Assembly: GCA_963806355.1 (NCBI GenBank)
Contig: CAWDXN010000006.1
Coordinates: 58,491 to 122,490 of the forward strand
DNA from: Methanomassiliicoccaceae archaeon
Lineage (GTDB): Archaea > Thermoplasmatota > Thermoplasmata > Methanomassiliicoccales > UBA472
DNA: 64,000 nt
Direction of reading: 5' to 3'
Shown: positions 33,800 to 45,567 of the stretch, piece by piece
Position numbering within the stretch: position 1 is the first letter of the stretch
Layout: each line of letters begins with the position of its first letter
Made by a program: the position numbers and the translations under genes
Notes under the pieces: model-generated
Told to the model about the DNA's origin: nothing
The model's input: only the letters and a program-made list of their open reading frames with translations
Databases searched by the model: none

Positions 33800-35779
33800 T
33801 CATGAGTCTAGAGGCGTCCCGAACGCCCTTGCTCGAACGCGCGACTCAACAAGCTTGTCCTCCCCCAGGGCGCTTCTCGAATACTCGATATCCTCCTCTA
33901 TCTTCATCTCCACCTGGAGGTCGAACCCGCCTGCGTTCCTCGCCCTTTGCAGTGCGTGTAAAGAAGCCATCTCCTTGGCCTTGCAGATGGCATCGTAATG
34001 CGTCGTGTAATAGATGGGTGTGGAAAAGACCGAGTACACCGCGTAACCCTTCTCTCGCGGATAGACGAACACGTCGACGAACTCGGAGACCTGCCCGCAT
34101 ACTGCGCCTATCGCATTCCCGACGTCATAGTTGTCCGGTATCGTGATCTGGACGTCCATTATTTCCGCGAGAGGTGAGACGAAGGCTCGGGCCGGACCGC
34201 CGAGCCCCACCAACGGGTGGTCTATCTTCACATTCAACCTGAGTTTGGGGAAAGATCGCCTGCCGCTCATGTTATGGATGATGTGCTGGAGGGCCTCTGA
34301 CTTTGGCAGCTCCCCCAGCTCGTCGGATATGATCTTCTTGAGCACTTCCTCGGCTATTCGCGATGATACCATGTTCATGATTTTGCTGGTGAACTCGTCC
34401 TCTTTCATGTTGAGCGCTATGGAGAACATCTTTACCCCGAGCTTTGCGGCATCGACATCGCCCTCGGTGTAGATGCCGGTGGCGTGCAGCACGTCCGTTG
34501 GCGTCAATCCTATGCCCTCGATGGCGCCTTGGCTCAAGAGCGACCCGATGTGCCTCTCGATCAGGTACATCTCCTCGAAGGCCTCCTTCAGCTCCCCGAA
34601 GGTCTTGGGACCGTTGGCGCGGAGGTGATCGATTATCAATCTCTCGTATGAGGATGCGTGGTCGAAGCCCCGGGGAGTGGCCGAAAGGAACCGGGCCTCG
34701 CCCAGTTCTCTCATCCTGTCGACCAGTCTCGGGAACTTCTCCTTGGCGAAGCACAGTGGCGTCACCCTTTGGGGCCCGATCTTCAGGCCATTCTTGGAGG
34801 GCCTTATCTCGGAGTCTCCTCCGAGGGCCACGGTCCACACGTTCACGGCCTCGACCCTGGTCGGCCAGGATCCGACGACCGCGCCGGCTGCCGATATCCT
34901 GGACCTCCCTCCTTCGATGACGGCTATGTCCGTTGACGTCCCGCCGATATCGACGACGATGCAATCCTCATGCCCAGAGAGGAGCTTTCCGCCCATGGCG
35001 CTCGCGGCAGGCCCGGAAAGGATCGTGTCCACCGGCCGTTCCCTCGCCGCCTTGAGGTTCATCAGCGTCCCGTCGCCCTTGAAGACCATTATCGGTGCCT
35101 TGATCCCGCGCCTGACCATGATCTCCTGGACCTTCCTCAGGAAGTCGTTCAACACTGGGATCAGTCCGGCGTTGAGCACCGCCGTGACCGTGCGCTCGTA
35201 GATCCCGAGCTCACCGGTCAGCTCATGACCCATTACCACGGGGATGTCGTATCTGTCCCTTATGAGGCGCTTCACCTCGACCTCATGGAGGTGGTTGAAG
35301 ACGCTGAACAGCCCGGACACCACGAAGGTATCCACGCAATTTGACATCTCGTCGATGGCCTTTCTCGCGCCCTCCAGGTCCAAGGAGTCCTGTATGCGCC
35401 CTCTGACATCGTGCCCTCCGGATAGGAAGCATTGCTGTTTGGCCCCGAACTCCTGGCCCTCCTCCGGCCTCCATCCAAGGCCGATGAGCCCGACCCGCCC
35501 TCCCTTCCTCTCCAGCACTGAGTTCGTGGCCAGAGTGGTCGAGACGCCGACGAGGCTTGGAACGAAATCCTTGTCCCCTAGGCCATCGAGCACCCTGTCG
35601 ACGGTCTCGCCCAGGCCGATGCTGAGGTCGTGATGGGTGGTCCTGGATTTGGACCTGGCAAGCACTTCTATGGTCTGAAGGTCCACTATCGCAGCGTCGG
35701 TGTATGTGCCGCCGGTGTCTATGCCCAGGCCATAGTTGATCCTTGAACCCTTGTTCGTGATCGATGTTATTCCAGTCAC
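33800..35779 (-). CDS. Hydantoinase/oxoprolinase family protein
   Basis: GIDTGGTYTD, STTLATN, ERTVTAVLNA, SGPAAS, DIGGTSTD; GTG start with GAAGGTG RBS. Confidence 0.92.
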   Translation of the reverse strand: MTGITSITNKGSRINYGLGIDTGGTYTDAAIVDLQTIEVLARSKSRTTHHDLSIGLGETVDRVLDGLGDKDFVPSLVGVSTTLATNSVLERKGGRVGLIGLGWRPEEGQEFGAKQQCFLSGGHDVRGRIQDSLDLEGARKAIDEMSNCVDTFVVSGLFSVFNHLHEVEVKRLIRDRYDIPVVMGHELTGELGIYERTVTAVLNAGLIPVLNDFLRKVQEIMVRRGIKAPIMVFKGDGTLMNLKAARERPVDTILSGPAASAMGGKLLSGHEDCIVVDIGGTSTDIAVIEGGRSRISAAGAVVGSWPTRVEAVNVWTVALGGDSEIRPSKNGLKIGPQRVTPLCFAKEKFPRLVDRMRELGEARFLSATPRGFDHASSYERLIIDHLRANGPKTFGELKEAFEEMYLIERHIGSLLSQGAIEGIGLTPTDVLHATGIYTEGDVDAAKLGVKMFSIALNMKEDEFTSKIMNMVSSRIAEEVLKKIISDELGELPKSEALQHIIHNMSGRRSFPKLRLNVKIDHPLVGLGGPARAFVSPLAEIMDVQITIPDNYDVGNAIGAVCGQVSEFVDVFVYPREKGYAVYSVFSTPIYYTTHYDAICKAKEMASLHALQRARNAGGFDLQVEMKIEEDIEYSRSALGEDKLVESRVRARAFGTPLDS

Positions 35780-36201
35780 GCACCTTCGTAATGAATGGAA
35801 ATGGAAATGACCACGCCCTATAAATGATAAACCAATCGGCATTCGTTGTTTATAAAATCATCATATTGGTGCCCTTTTTACTTGTCAACAGCCCACAACA
35901 TGGATCCCTTAAATTTCGCGAGTCAGGGGCGAGTGTAGGACCGCGATCATTCGATGGAAGGCCCCATAGTCACCTAGGTCGGGTCAATTCAATGGAGATG
36001 GAACGGGGACGGTAGTGTAAGGAGAGCGTTGGGTCTCGAACTCGATCACGTGCCAGAAACCTGTTGGTAATGGTCGGTCTGCAAATAAATTTTCAATCCC
36101 CTTATGAAACATAATCGAGGCAACGAGGTGGATGGGCGAAAAATAAATTATTAAGGACGTGTTCAACCAATAATTATCAAAGTCGAAGAGGATTTTTACC
36201 G

Positions 36202-37651
36202 ATGATGAAGTTCGATGGCAAGGTGCTGATAATTGGATACGGCTCTGTCGCGAGATGCACGCTCCCCATCCTGCTGAAGCATGTCAAGATACCCTTTGGC
36301 AACATCACCATAATCGATTTCGAGAACAAGGCCTCCGCCCTCAGGGAATGGACTCGAAAGGGCGTCAAATATCGCCATCATGAGGATAACCACGGAGAAC
36401 TTCGATTCCGTCCTGTCGGAGCACCTGTCGCCAGGCGGGCTCCTCATCGACCTGGCCTGGAACCTCGACACCTGCACCATCATCAAATGGTGCCACGAGC
36501 ACGAGGTGCTGTTCGTGAACACGTCGCTGGAGGTCTGGGACTCCATCGGCGAGATAGAATCCAAGGACCCGGTCGAGAAGTCGCTCTACACCAGGCAGAT
36601 GCGCCTGAGGGAAATGACCAAGGGATGGGATGACGGGGTGACCGCGGTCATCGACCACGGTGCCAATCCCGGTCTGATATCCCATTTCGTGAAGCAGGCC
36701 CTGGTCGACATATCCAAGAGGTTGATCGCCGACAAGAAGGTGAGCGAGGAGGAGGCCGAGCACCTCAGAGCCCTGGTGAGAGCGCAGAACTTCGCCGAGC
36801 TGTCCATGACCCTGAACGTCAAGGTCATCCACTGCTCCGAGAGGGACACCCAGATCACGAAGAACCCCAAGAAGGTCGACGAGTTCGTGGGGACCTGGAG
36901 CATCGAAGGCCTGAGGGAGGAGGGGACCGCCCCGGCGGAGATCGGCTGGGGGACGCACGAGAAGACCTTGCCGCCGTTGGCGTTCGTACCGTCCACCGGA
37001 CCGAGGAACCAGATCATGCTCGCCCAGATGGGGATGAACACCTGGGTGAGGTCCTGGGTCCCCGACTGCGAGATAGTCGGGATGGTCATCAGGCACGGCG
37101 AGGCCTTCGGGCTCTCGGACAAGTTCACCGTGCTGAAGGACGGGGAGGTCGTCTACCGGCCGACGGTCAACTACGCCTACATGCCGTGCAATGACACCAT
37201 GGTCTCCTTGCACGAGCTGAGGTGCAGGAACTACGAGATGCAGCCGAAGCTCAGGATCCTGCGCGAGAAGGAGATCGTCTCCGGAGCGGACATGCTCGGC
37301 GCCCTGCTGATGGGGCACGAGTATGGCTCCTGGTGGTGCGGGAGCATCCTCACCATCGAGGAGGCCAGGAAGCTCGCTCCCGGACAGAACGCCACCACCG
37401 TGCAGGTCGCCTTGGGCGTCGTATCGGCGATCATGTGGATGATCGAGCACCCCCGCGAGGGGCTGTGCACCCCCGAAGACCTGCCCCACGACTACGTGCT
37501 CAAGATCGCCAAGCCGTACCTGGGCAAGTTCGTGTCCGTGCCATCGGACTGGACCCCGCTCAAGAACAGGAAGGTCTACTTCAAGGAGAACCTCGCCAAC
37601 CAGCCTGACGAGGACATGTGGCAGTTCAAGAATTTCGTCTTCGTTCCTTGA
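36202..37651 (+). CDS. hss: Homospermidine synthase (frameshift near 36375)
   Basis: IIGYGSV Rossmann motif, DHGANPGLISHF, HCSERDTQ, TWSIEG, AEIGWGTHE, HGEA, QNATTVQV. Confidence 0.92.
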
Positions 37652-38029
37652 CCGTCACGGATGGTCGCGGGGCTGGGAAATGGTCCACGGCATATTCGAT
37701 AGGATCGAACGATATCTCACGCCCAGATCTGGTCATGATATCGTCGGCCGATAACGATTAAAGGGCATCGACATGACCGTGTAAACAGATGCTGCATAGG
37801 CATCTCGCTGAGCTGGAGCCGATGGGCACTGATGACCTGGTGTCAAACTCCTCTGATCGTATCGATATGAAAAAGCCATGGGAGCGATTGGATGGATTTG
37901 CAGGGACTTCAAGGTCTAAGGAGCTCTGACGATTTCGGATTTCCGGAAGATACAAGTGGAATGTTTCATTCCACCAACTTGTACTCACTACCTTTATCAT
38001 CATAGTGCCCCCATCTTTGATGGATAACC

Positions 38030-38176
38030 ATGAACACCATGAAAAAGAAAAAAAAGGGAGCGGATGACCCACCTGTGAACAAGAACCGTTCTGACACGAA
38101 AAACACCAAAACCCCATCCAGCATTACGAGCACTGACAATAAGAATCAGAGCAAGGGATCGAAGGGCAAGAAGTGA
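38030..38176 (+). CDS. Possible small Lys-rich disordered protein (48 aa, not in ORF track)
   Basis: MNTMKKKKKGADDPPVNKNRSDTKNTKTPSSITSTDNKNQSKGSKGKK*. Confidence 0.4.
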   Translation: MNTMKKKKKGADDPPVNKNRSDTKNTKTPSSITSTDNKNQSKGSKGKK

Positions 38177-38200
38177 TCGTAGGCGATCCCGCCGATCTGG

Positions 38201-38310
38201 ACCATTGTGGAGGAGGGGTTTCACCTTCAGTTACTACAAAGCATTCGTAGTTTGGTGTATGTACCATAATGGAGGAGGGTTTTCAACTTCAGTTACTACG
38301 AAAGCAATCT
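38201..38310. repeat. Imperfect direct repeat, about 46 bp x2, 62-bp period
   Basis: ACCATTGTGGAGGAGGGGTTTCACCTTCAGTTACTACAAAGCATTC vs ACCATAATGGAGGAGGGTTTTCAACTTCAGTTACTACGAAAGCAATC. Confidence 0.8.
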
Positions 38311-38834
38311 TCCACGCCTCCAGGTTCCTTGGCAGCCTGGTCATCGGCCCTAGAAATAACAAGAACTTGGTCCTGATGGTCGTTCTTTTGATGGTTTCGC
38401 ATCAATCGGAACAATGAGGTGGTGATGCCGAGGGTCGGAATCGGGAACAAGAGAAGGTCGGAGGGGTCGGCCCCCCCCCCATCCTTTTCGGTTTTTATGC
38501 ATGATGGAGCGGAAAAGGATCGATCCCCTCGTCAGCCATTTGGTGCGGGGAAAATATCTGATCCCCTGTCGGCCATTTTTCCAAAATTCTTTTTTCATCA
38601 GACCGTTTGAAATTATATTCCTTAAAATATAATATTTATATCAAATTTATCCAGGAGGCGATCGTCGGTTTGTTATCTTGATATTAATTACGCAACGAAT
38701 GACGAAAAAAAATAATAATTATTGTACAAACATCTAACTTATTAACAGTTCTTAATACGAACATATATCCCCAAGAAAATGATTGATGTTGCGACTCAAT
38801 GGCAGATCAGGCCTCTTAGATCACAGGTGAGGCT

Positions 38835-40960
38835 ATGGATGAAGAGCAGAAGGTTTCAAAGAAACGCTCGCGGTCCATCGACAAGGAGGAACAGAAACGG
38901 ATAAGGCGCTGGGCCCTGGCCCAAGCGATCTGGAAGTTGGACCCTCGTCATACCATCAGAAACCCAGTGATGTTCACTGTGGAAGTGGGCAGCGCCATTA
39001 CGACACTATTGTTCTTCCAGGCTCTGTTTGGTCATGGCGAGGAATCGGCTCTATTCATCGGACTTATTTCCATCTGGCTTTGGTTCACGGTCATCTTCGC
39101 GAACTACTCCGAGGCCCTGGCCGAGGGCAGGGGGAAGGCCCAGGCCGATGCCCTCCGCAGCATGCGGACCACCATCGATGCCAAGAAGATCAGCGAGGGG
39201 TTCGTCATCGCCAAGGGGACAGAAGCCAGGCGATTCGGATTACTCCAAGACCTCCTCCTCTGAGCTGCGCAAGGGCGACCTGTTCTACGTCCAAACGGGG
39301 GACTTCATCCCTGTGGATGGCGAGGTGGTGGTTGGGGCAGCCTCGGTCGATGAGAGTGCCATCACCGGGGAGAGCGCTCCGGTGATCAGGGAGTCCGGCG
39401 GGGATCGAAGCGCGGTGACTGGCGGCACGCGAATATTATCCGATTGGTTGATCGTCAAGGCTGCTTCCGACCCTGGGGAGGGTTTCCTTGATAAGATGAT
39501 CACTTTGATCGAGGGTGCGAAACGGCAGAGGACGCCCAACGAGATCGCTCTGAACACCTTGCTGATAGGACTGACGATCATCTTCATCGTCGTTTGTGCG
39601 ACCTTGCTGCCGTTCTCCATCTATAGCGTCTTCGTGACCGGGCAGGGAAGCCCCATCACGCTTACGGTGATCATCGCCCTGCTGGTCTGCCTGGCGCCTA
39701 CCACCATCGGGGGGCTGCTCAGTGCCATCGGCATCGCCGGTATGGACCGCCTCATCCAGAAGAACGTGATCACCTTCTCGGGACAGGCCATTGAGGCTGC
39801 TGGCGACGTTGACGTCCTTCTCCTCGACAAAACCGGGACCATCACCCTAGGGAATCGCCAGGCGGTCGAGATAATCCCGGGTGAAGGGGAAAGTGCGGAG
39901 GCCGTCGCCGAACTGGCCATGCTTGTCGTCCTTATCAGATGAGACGCCGGAGGGTCGCAGCATAGTAAGCCTGGCGACAGAGAGCTATGGCGTCAAGGAT
40001 GGGGGAGCGTACCATGAGGCCCTTCCGGAGATGCGCTTCGTTCCGTTCACCGCGCAGACCAGGATGAGCGGGGTGGACTTTGGGGATCGGATCATACGCA
40101 AGGGGGCCGCGGATGCCATTTCTAGGTACATCAAGGCGTCAGGAAACGATATCCCTAAGAAGCTCGCCCATGAAGTGGACCGGATCGCCCGTTCAGGTGG
40201 AACTCCCTTGGTCATCGTCCTCAACTCCAAAGCGGTCGGGGTCATCCACCTCAAGGACGTCGTAAAGCCCGGAATGAAGGAGAGGTTCGCCCAGCTCCGC
40301 CGCATGGGCATCAAGACCGTCATGATCACGGGCGACAACAAGCTGACCGCGGCAGCGATCGCGGCGGAGGCGGGGGTGGACGATTATCTGGCCGAGGCCA
40401 CCCCAGAGAACAAGTTGAGCCTCATCCGGCAGTATCAGGCCGAAGGCCGGTTGGTGGCGATGACCGGAGACGGAACGAACGACGCTCCGGCATTGGCGCA
40501 GGCCGATGTGGCGGTGGCGATGAACAGCGGTACCCAGCCGGCTCGGGAGGCTGCTAACATGATCGATCTGGACAGCAACCCGACCAAGCTGATCGAGATC
40601 GTGGAGACGGGAAAGCAGCTCCTCATGACCCGTGGGGCTCTCACGACCTTCAGCATCACCAACGACGTCGCCAAGTATTTCGCCATCGTACCGGCCGCAT
40701 TCGCAGGCATCTATCCAGCGCTGGAGAGCCTTAACTTCATGGGACTCCAGGCCGCTGTCCTTTCCGCGGTCATATTCAACGCCATAATCATCGTGCTGCT
40801 CATCCCGCTCGCATTGAAAGGGGTCAAGTACCGGCCACTGACCGCCGCGGAGTCGCTCAGGAACAATCTGCTGATCTACGGTCTGGGCGGCCTAATAGTC
40901 CCATTCATCGGAATCAAGCTGATCGATATCGCGCTGGTGGCCTTGGGGGTGGGGACCTGA
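38835..40960 (+). CDS. kdpB: K+-transporting P-type ATPase subunit B (frameshifted, 3 pieces)
   Basis: [35 protein letters not shown]. Confidence 0.96.
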
Positions 40961-40980
40961 GCGACCGATCACCAACCGGA

Positions 40981-41653
40981 ATGAATGGGCCTGTGGAGGG
41001 ATTGGCCAAGTCGGTCTGGAGAGCGCTGAGATCGCAAGCACGACCGGCCATCGTCATTTTCCTCATCCTCGTGCTGCTGACCGGCCTGGTCTATCCCCTC
41101 GTGGTCACAGGTGTCGGCCCAGTTGCTTTTCCCCCATCAGGCCAACGGCTCGCCGATCGAGCGAGAATGGGACGGTGGTCGGCTCAGAGCTCATCGGCCA
41201 GCCGTTCAGCGACCCGAGCTATTTCTGGGGCAGGCTCTCGGCCACCCCTTCCTTCCCTTACAATGCCAGCTATTCCAGCGGGACGAACTATGGACCCAAC
41301 AACCCTTCTTTGTGCGAGATGGTCCAGGCCAGGATCGATGCCTTACATGCCGCCGACCCGAACAACACCCTGCCCATACCCTCCGACCTGGTCACCGCCT
41401 CGGGAAGCGGCCTGGACCCGGACATCAGCGTGGCCAGCGCCTTGTACCAACTGCATCGGGTGGCCCGAGACCAGGAACATGAACGAGAGCATCGGTCCGA
41501 GAGCTGATCGACCGAACACCGAGGACAGGCAGTTCGGGCTCCTAGGGGAGAAGAACGGTCAACGTCCTGAAACTGAACCTGGCCCTTGATAAGGCACCGG
41601 TCCAGGGGAGGGAGGATCGACACCTCGACCGTGGCACCGTATCCACGCGCCCG
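40981..41653 (+). CDS. kdpC: K+-transporting ATPase subunit C (frameshifted; no stop seen before kdpA)
   Basis: [51 protein letters not shown]. Confidence 0.9.
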
Positions 41654-43416
41654 ATGATCGGGTCCTGGGCTGACCGCCCACGACTGGCTCATTCCTCGCG
41701 TTCTTCTTCCTGATCCTGATCATCGCCGCCTGGTATGTCGGCAAGTTGTTGACCACGGTCTACGAGGAGAGGCCGGGACGGATCACCCGAACATCGGTCG
41801 GGTCGAGTCCTTCATCTATCGCCCGGCAAGGTGAGACAAGGAAGGAATGAACTGGAAGAAGTATGCTCTGGCGATGCTTATCTTCAACGCCATCGGCATC
41901 CTCTTCCTGATGGCGGTGATAATGGTCCAGCAGTACCTGCCGTTCAATCCCCAGGACCTGGGGGCGGTGTCTCCGGACCTGGCCTTCAACACCGCGGTCA
42001 GCTTCGTGACCAACACCAACTGGCAGTCATATGCCGGCGAGACGACCATGAGCTACTTCACCCAGATGGTCGGGCTCACGGTCCAGAACTTCCTTGTCTG
42101 CCGCAACCGGACTTGCCGTCCTGATGGCCCTGATCCGGGGCATCCGCCGGAAGGACGACCAAGGACCTCGGCAACTTCTGGGTGGACATGACCAGGGCGA
42201 CGCTGATCCTGTTGCCCTCTGTCTTCATACTGGCGCTGTTCCTGGTCTCCCAGGGCGGTCCCGCAGACGCTGGACGGCCCGATCGACCGGGCAATTGGTC
42301 CAACCGGTGACCGACACCAATGGCGATCATCGTCACCGCACAGACCGATCCCGGTCGGACCGGTCGCCTCCCAGGAGGCGATCAAGATGCTCGGCACCAA
42401 CGGTGGTGGGTTCTTCAACACCAATTCGGCGCATCCGTTCGAGAACCCCACGCCGATCTCCAACCTGTTGGAGAACTGGCCATGCTGATCATCCCGGTCG
42501 GCCTATGCCTGGTCTTCGGGAGCATGGTCAAGGACCGGAGGCAGGGGATGGCTATGCTCATCGCCATGCTGCTGATCTTCATCGTCTTCCTCGGTCTTGG
42601 CCATCTGGGCTGAGGAGGCTGGCAATCCGGACCTTCGACCGCGCTGGGCGTGTCGCAGGTCGCCACCGACTTCAACCGGGAGGCAACATGGAGGGCAAGG
42701 AGGTCAGGTTCGGGGTGGTCCCCTCCTGCCTCTTCGCGGTCTCGACGACGGCCACGTCCTGCGGGGCGGTGAACTCCATGCATGATTCCTTCATGCCCTT
42801 AGGAGGGATGTCGCCGCTGTTCCTGATCCAGTTCGGGGAGGTGGTCTTCGGAGGGGTCGGCTCTGGCCTCTATGGGATGCTGATCTTCGTGCTGATCGCG
42901 GTCTTCGTGGCCGGCCTGATGATCGGCCGCATGCCCGACTATCTGGGGAAGAAGATCGGTCCCTATGAGATGAAGCTGTGCACGATCATCATCCTCATCC
43001 CTATCGTGGTGGTGCTGATCGGGGTCGCGATCGCTGTGATGATTCCCGAGGGGCGGGCGGCGGTCCTCAACTCAGGCCCTCATGGGTTCACCGAGATCCT
43101 GTACGCCTTCTCCTCTGCGGCGAACAACAATGGCAGCGCCTTCGCTGGACTGTCGACGAACTCACCGTTCTACAACACGCATCCTGGCCATCGCCATGCT
43201 CATCGGGCGTTATCCCATGATGGTGCTCACCCTGGCATTGGCCGGGGCGCTTAGCGCCAAGATACCAGTACCGCCCAGTCCAGGCACGCTTCCCACCCAT
43301 ACCCCCCTGTTCATTTCCTGGCTCATCGGGGTGATAGTCTTTTAGGGGCGCTGAGCTACTTCTTAACCTTGGCCCTCGGACCGATCGTGGAGTTCCTGAT
43401 GACCGGTGGTGGTTGA
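41654..43416 (+). CDS. kdpA: K+-transporting ATPase subunit A (multiple frameshifts; start uncertain)
   Basis: [58 protein letters not shown]; ends [11 protein letters not shown]. Confidence 0.93.
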
Positions 43417-43420
43417 GCCT

Positions 43421-45431
43421 ATGGAATATGAACGACCGGACCCGGACGAGCTGCTCAAGCAGGTCGAAAAGGAGGAGCGCGAGCGGTCGCGGGGAAAGCT
43501 CAAGGTGTTCCTGGGGTACTCGGCCGGTGTGGGCAAGACCTATACCATGCTGGAGGAGGCCCATAATCGTTGAAGCAGGGAATCGACGTAGTGGTCGCCT
43601 GCGTCGAGTCGCATGGCCGAAAGGAGACAGAACGTCTGCTTGTTGGTCTCGAGACCATCCCTCAGAGGGTGGTCGCATATCGCGGGATATCCGCTCCAGG
43701 AGGTGGATCTTGATGCGGTGCTGGCCAGATCCCCCCAGCTGGTCCTGGTCGATGAGCTGGCCCACACCAATGCTCCCGGCTCCCGGCATACCAAACGGTA
43801 CCAGGACGTGCAGGAGCTGCTTGAGGCGGGCATCGACGTCTTCACGACCCTGAACATCCAGCATCTGGAGAGCATGAACGATGCGGTCGCGCAGATCTCT
43901 GGCATCAAGGTCAAGGAGACCATACCCGATTCGGTACTGGATGAGGCGAACGAGATCAAGATCGTGGACCTGCCGCCCGATGAACTGATCCAGCGGTTCA
44001 GGGAGGGGAAGGTCTACGTTCCCGACCAGGCAGCAATAGCAATTGAGAATTTCTTCAACGAAGGCAACCTGATCGCGCTCCGGGAGATGACCTTCCGGCG
44101 CGCCGCTGAGCATGTCGACGAGCAGATGCTCGAATACATGCAGACCCGCTCGATTCCAGGACCTTGGCCGGCTGGAGAGAGGCTGCTGGTATGCATCGGC
44201 AACAGCAAAACGCTCAACGAGCGACTGGTACGGACCGGAAGCCGCCTGGCGGATGAGCTCAAGGCGGAATGGTATGCCATTTACGTCGAAACGCCGGCGC
44301 ATAACCGCCTCTCCAGAAAGGACAGGATGCAAGCCATGCGGGGATTGGAGCAGGCGGCGAAGATGGGGGCGAAGACCTCCACCAGCTTCGGTGTCTCCAT
44401 AGCCGAGGAGGTGGTCCGTTTCGCAAAAAGGAACAATGTGACCAGGATAATCGTCGGTAGGCCGGTCCGTCCCCTTTGGCAGGAGCTGCTCTTCGGGTCG
44501 GTGGTCAACCAGATCGTCCGCCTCGCTGGGCCGATAGACATCCTGATCATCAGCAGTCTCGGGAAGCCAGAGAAGGAGACGGGGGAGTCTGAGGAAGCGG
44601 ATAGGGCACCGCAGGTCAAGTACCATTATTTCTTGGCGATATGGATGGTCTTGATCTTGACCATCATTGCCATCCTGGTCGAGCCATACATCTCATCGAC
44701 CAATCTGGTCATGCTATATCTTATCGGAGTGGTGGTGGCCGCCATCACCTGGGGGCTGTGGTTCGCGATATTCACCGCGGGGGTCAGCGTCCTCGCCTAT
44801 GATTTCTTCTTTATCCCACCCTTCCTGAGCTTTCGGATCAGTGATACAGAGTACCTCATAACATTCGCCGCTTTCCTGATCGTAGGCGTTGTCATAAGTC
44901 TCCTCGTTGTGAGGGCCAAAGACTATGCCATGGCCGCTCAAAGGAGGGATGATTACACCTCGACCCTCTATGCGCTGAGCTTGGACCTGGCAAGCGTTAA
45001 CGATACGAAGAAGGTGTTGGAGATAGTGAGCGGACATGTGATGAGGTCTTGCAATTGTCGCGTCCGTCTACCTCCTGCCTGAACACACTCAGGTTACTGT
45101 GGCCTATGCACATGGTGGACTGAATCTTGACGAAAAGGAGCTGACGGCCGCCAATTGGACCTATGAGCATGGCATCACCTCGGGAAATGACACCGACACG
45201 TTGGCCTCGGCAGCATTGAGGTACTATCCCCTTCGGACGTCCAACGGGATCGTCGGGGTCATGGGCATCCAGCCAGAGGAGCAGAGGGCGATCATAAGGT
45301 TGGAGCAGGAGCGTTTGATCGCAGCCTTCGCCAGCCAGACCGCCCTGGCCATTGAGAGGATCGAGTTCTGGAAGCAGATCTGTAGGAATGAGAAGATAAC
45401 AGATGAGTCGAGTTCGGGTAAAATAGCATGA
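43421..45431 (+). CDS. kdpD: KdpD sensor lacking the histidine kinase domain (KdpD-N, Usp, 4TM, GAF; frameshifted)
   Basis: MEYERPDPDELL...GKLKVFLGYSAGVGKTYTML, LVDELAHTN, RYQDVQELL, DFFFIPP, GAF ending FASQTALAIER then stop. Confidence 0.88.
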
Positions 45432-45567
45432 GAAATGGTAAAAAGGGAATATGGTGTGGGAGGGGTGCCCGAGTTCCCGAACGTTGCCTTGGTTTTCTTG
45501 ATTGGCGATCATCGGGTCATCGGACGAAGCCTCTTTGATAATTTTAAAAATAATAAAATTATACCGA

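Noticed and set aside
38201-38310. Mini CRISPR array
   Set aside because: Only two imperfect ~46-bp copies with a ~16-bp spacer, and no cas genes or leader.
38541-38550. TGGTGCGGGG matching the tRNA-Leu 3' end as an att site bounding a kdp-containing island
   Set aside because: Only 10 bp, plausible by chance in 64 kb, and no integrase is present. Worth rechecking only if synteny breaks here.
43088-44626. Long antisense ORFs (also 8357-9520, 36365-37489, 59010-60197, 57233-58120)
   Set aside because: Shadows of GC-rich codon-biased genes on the opposite strand, with no recognisable motifs.
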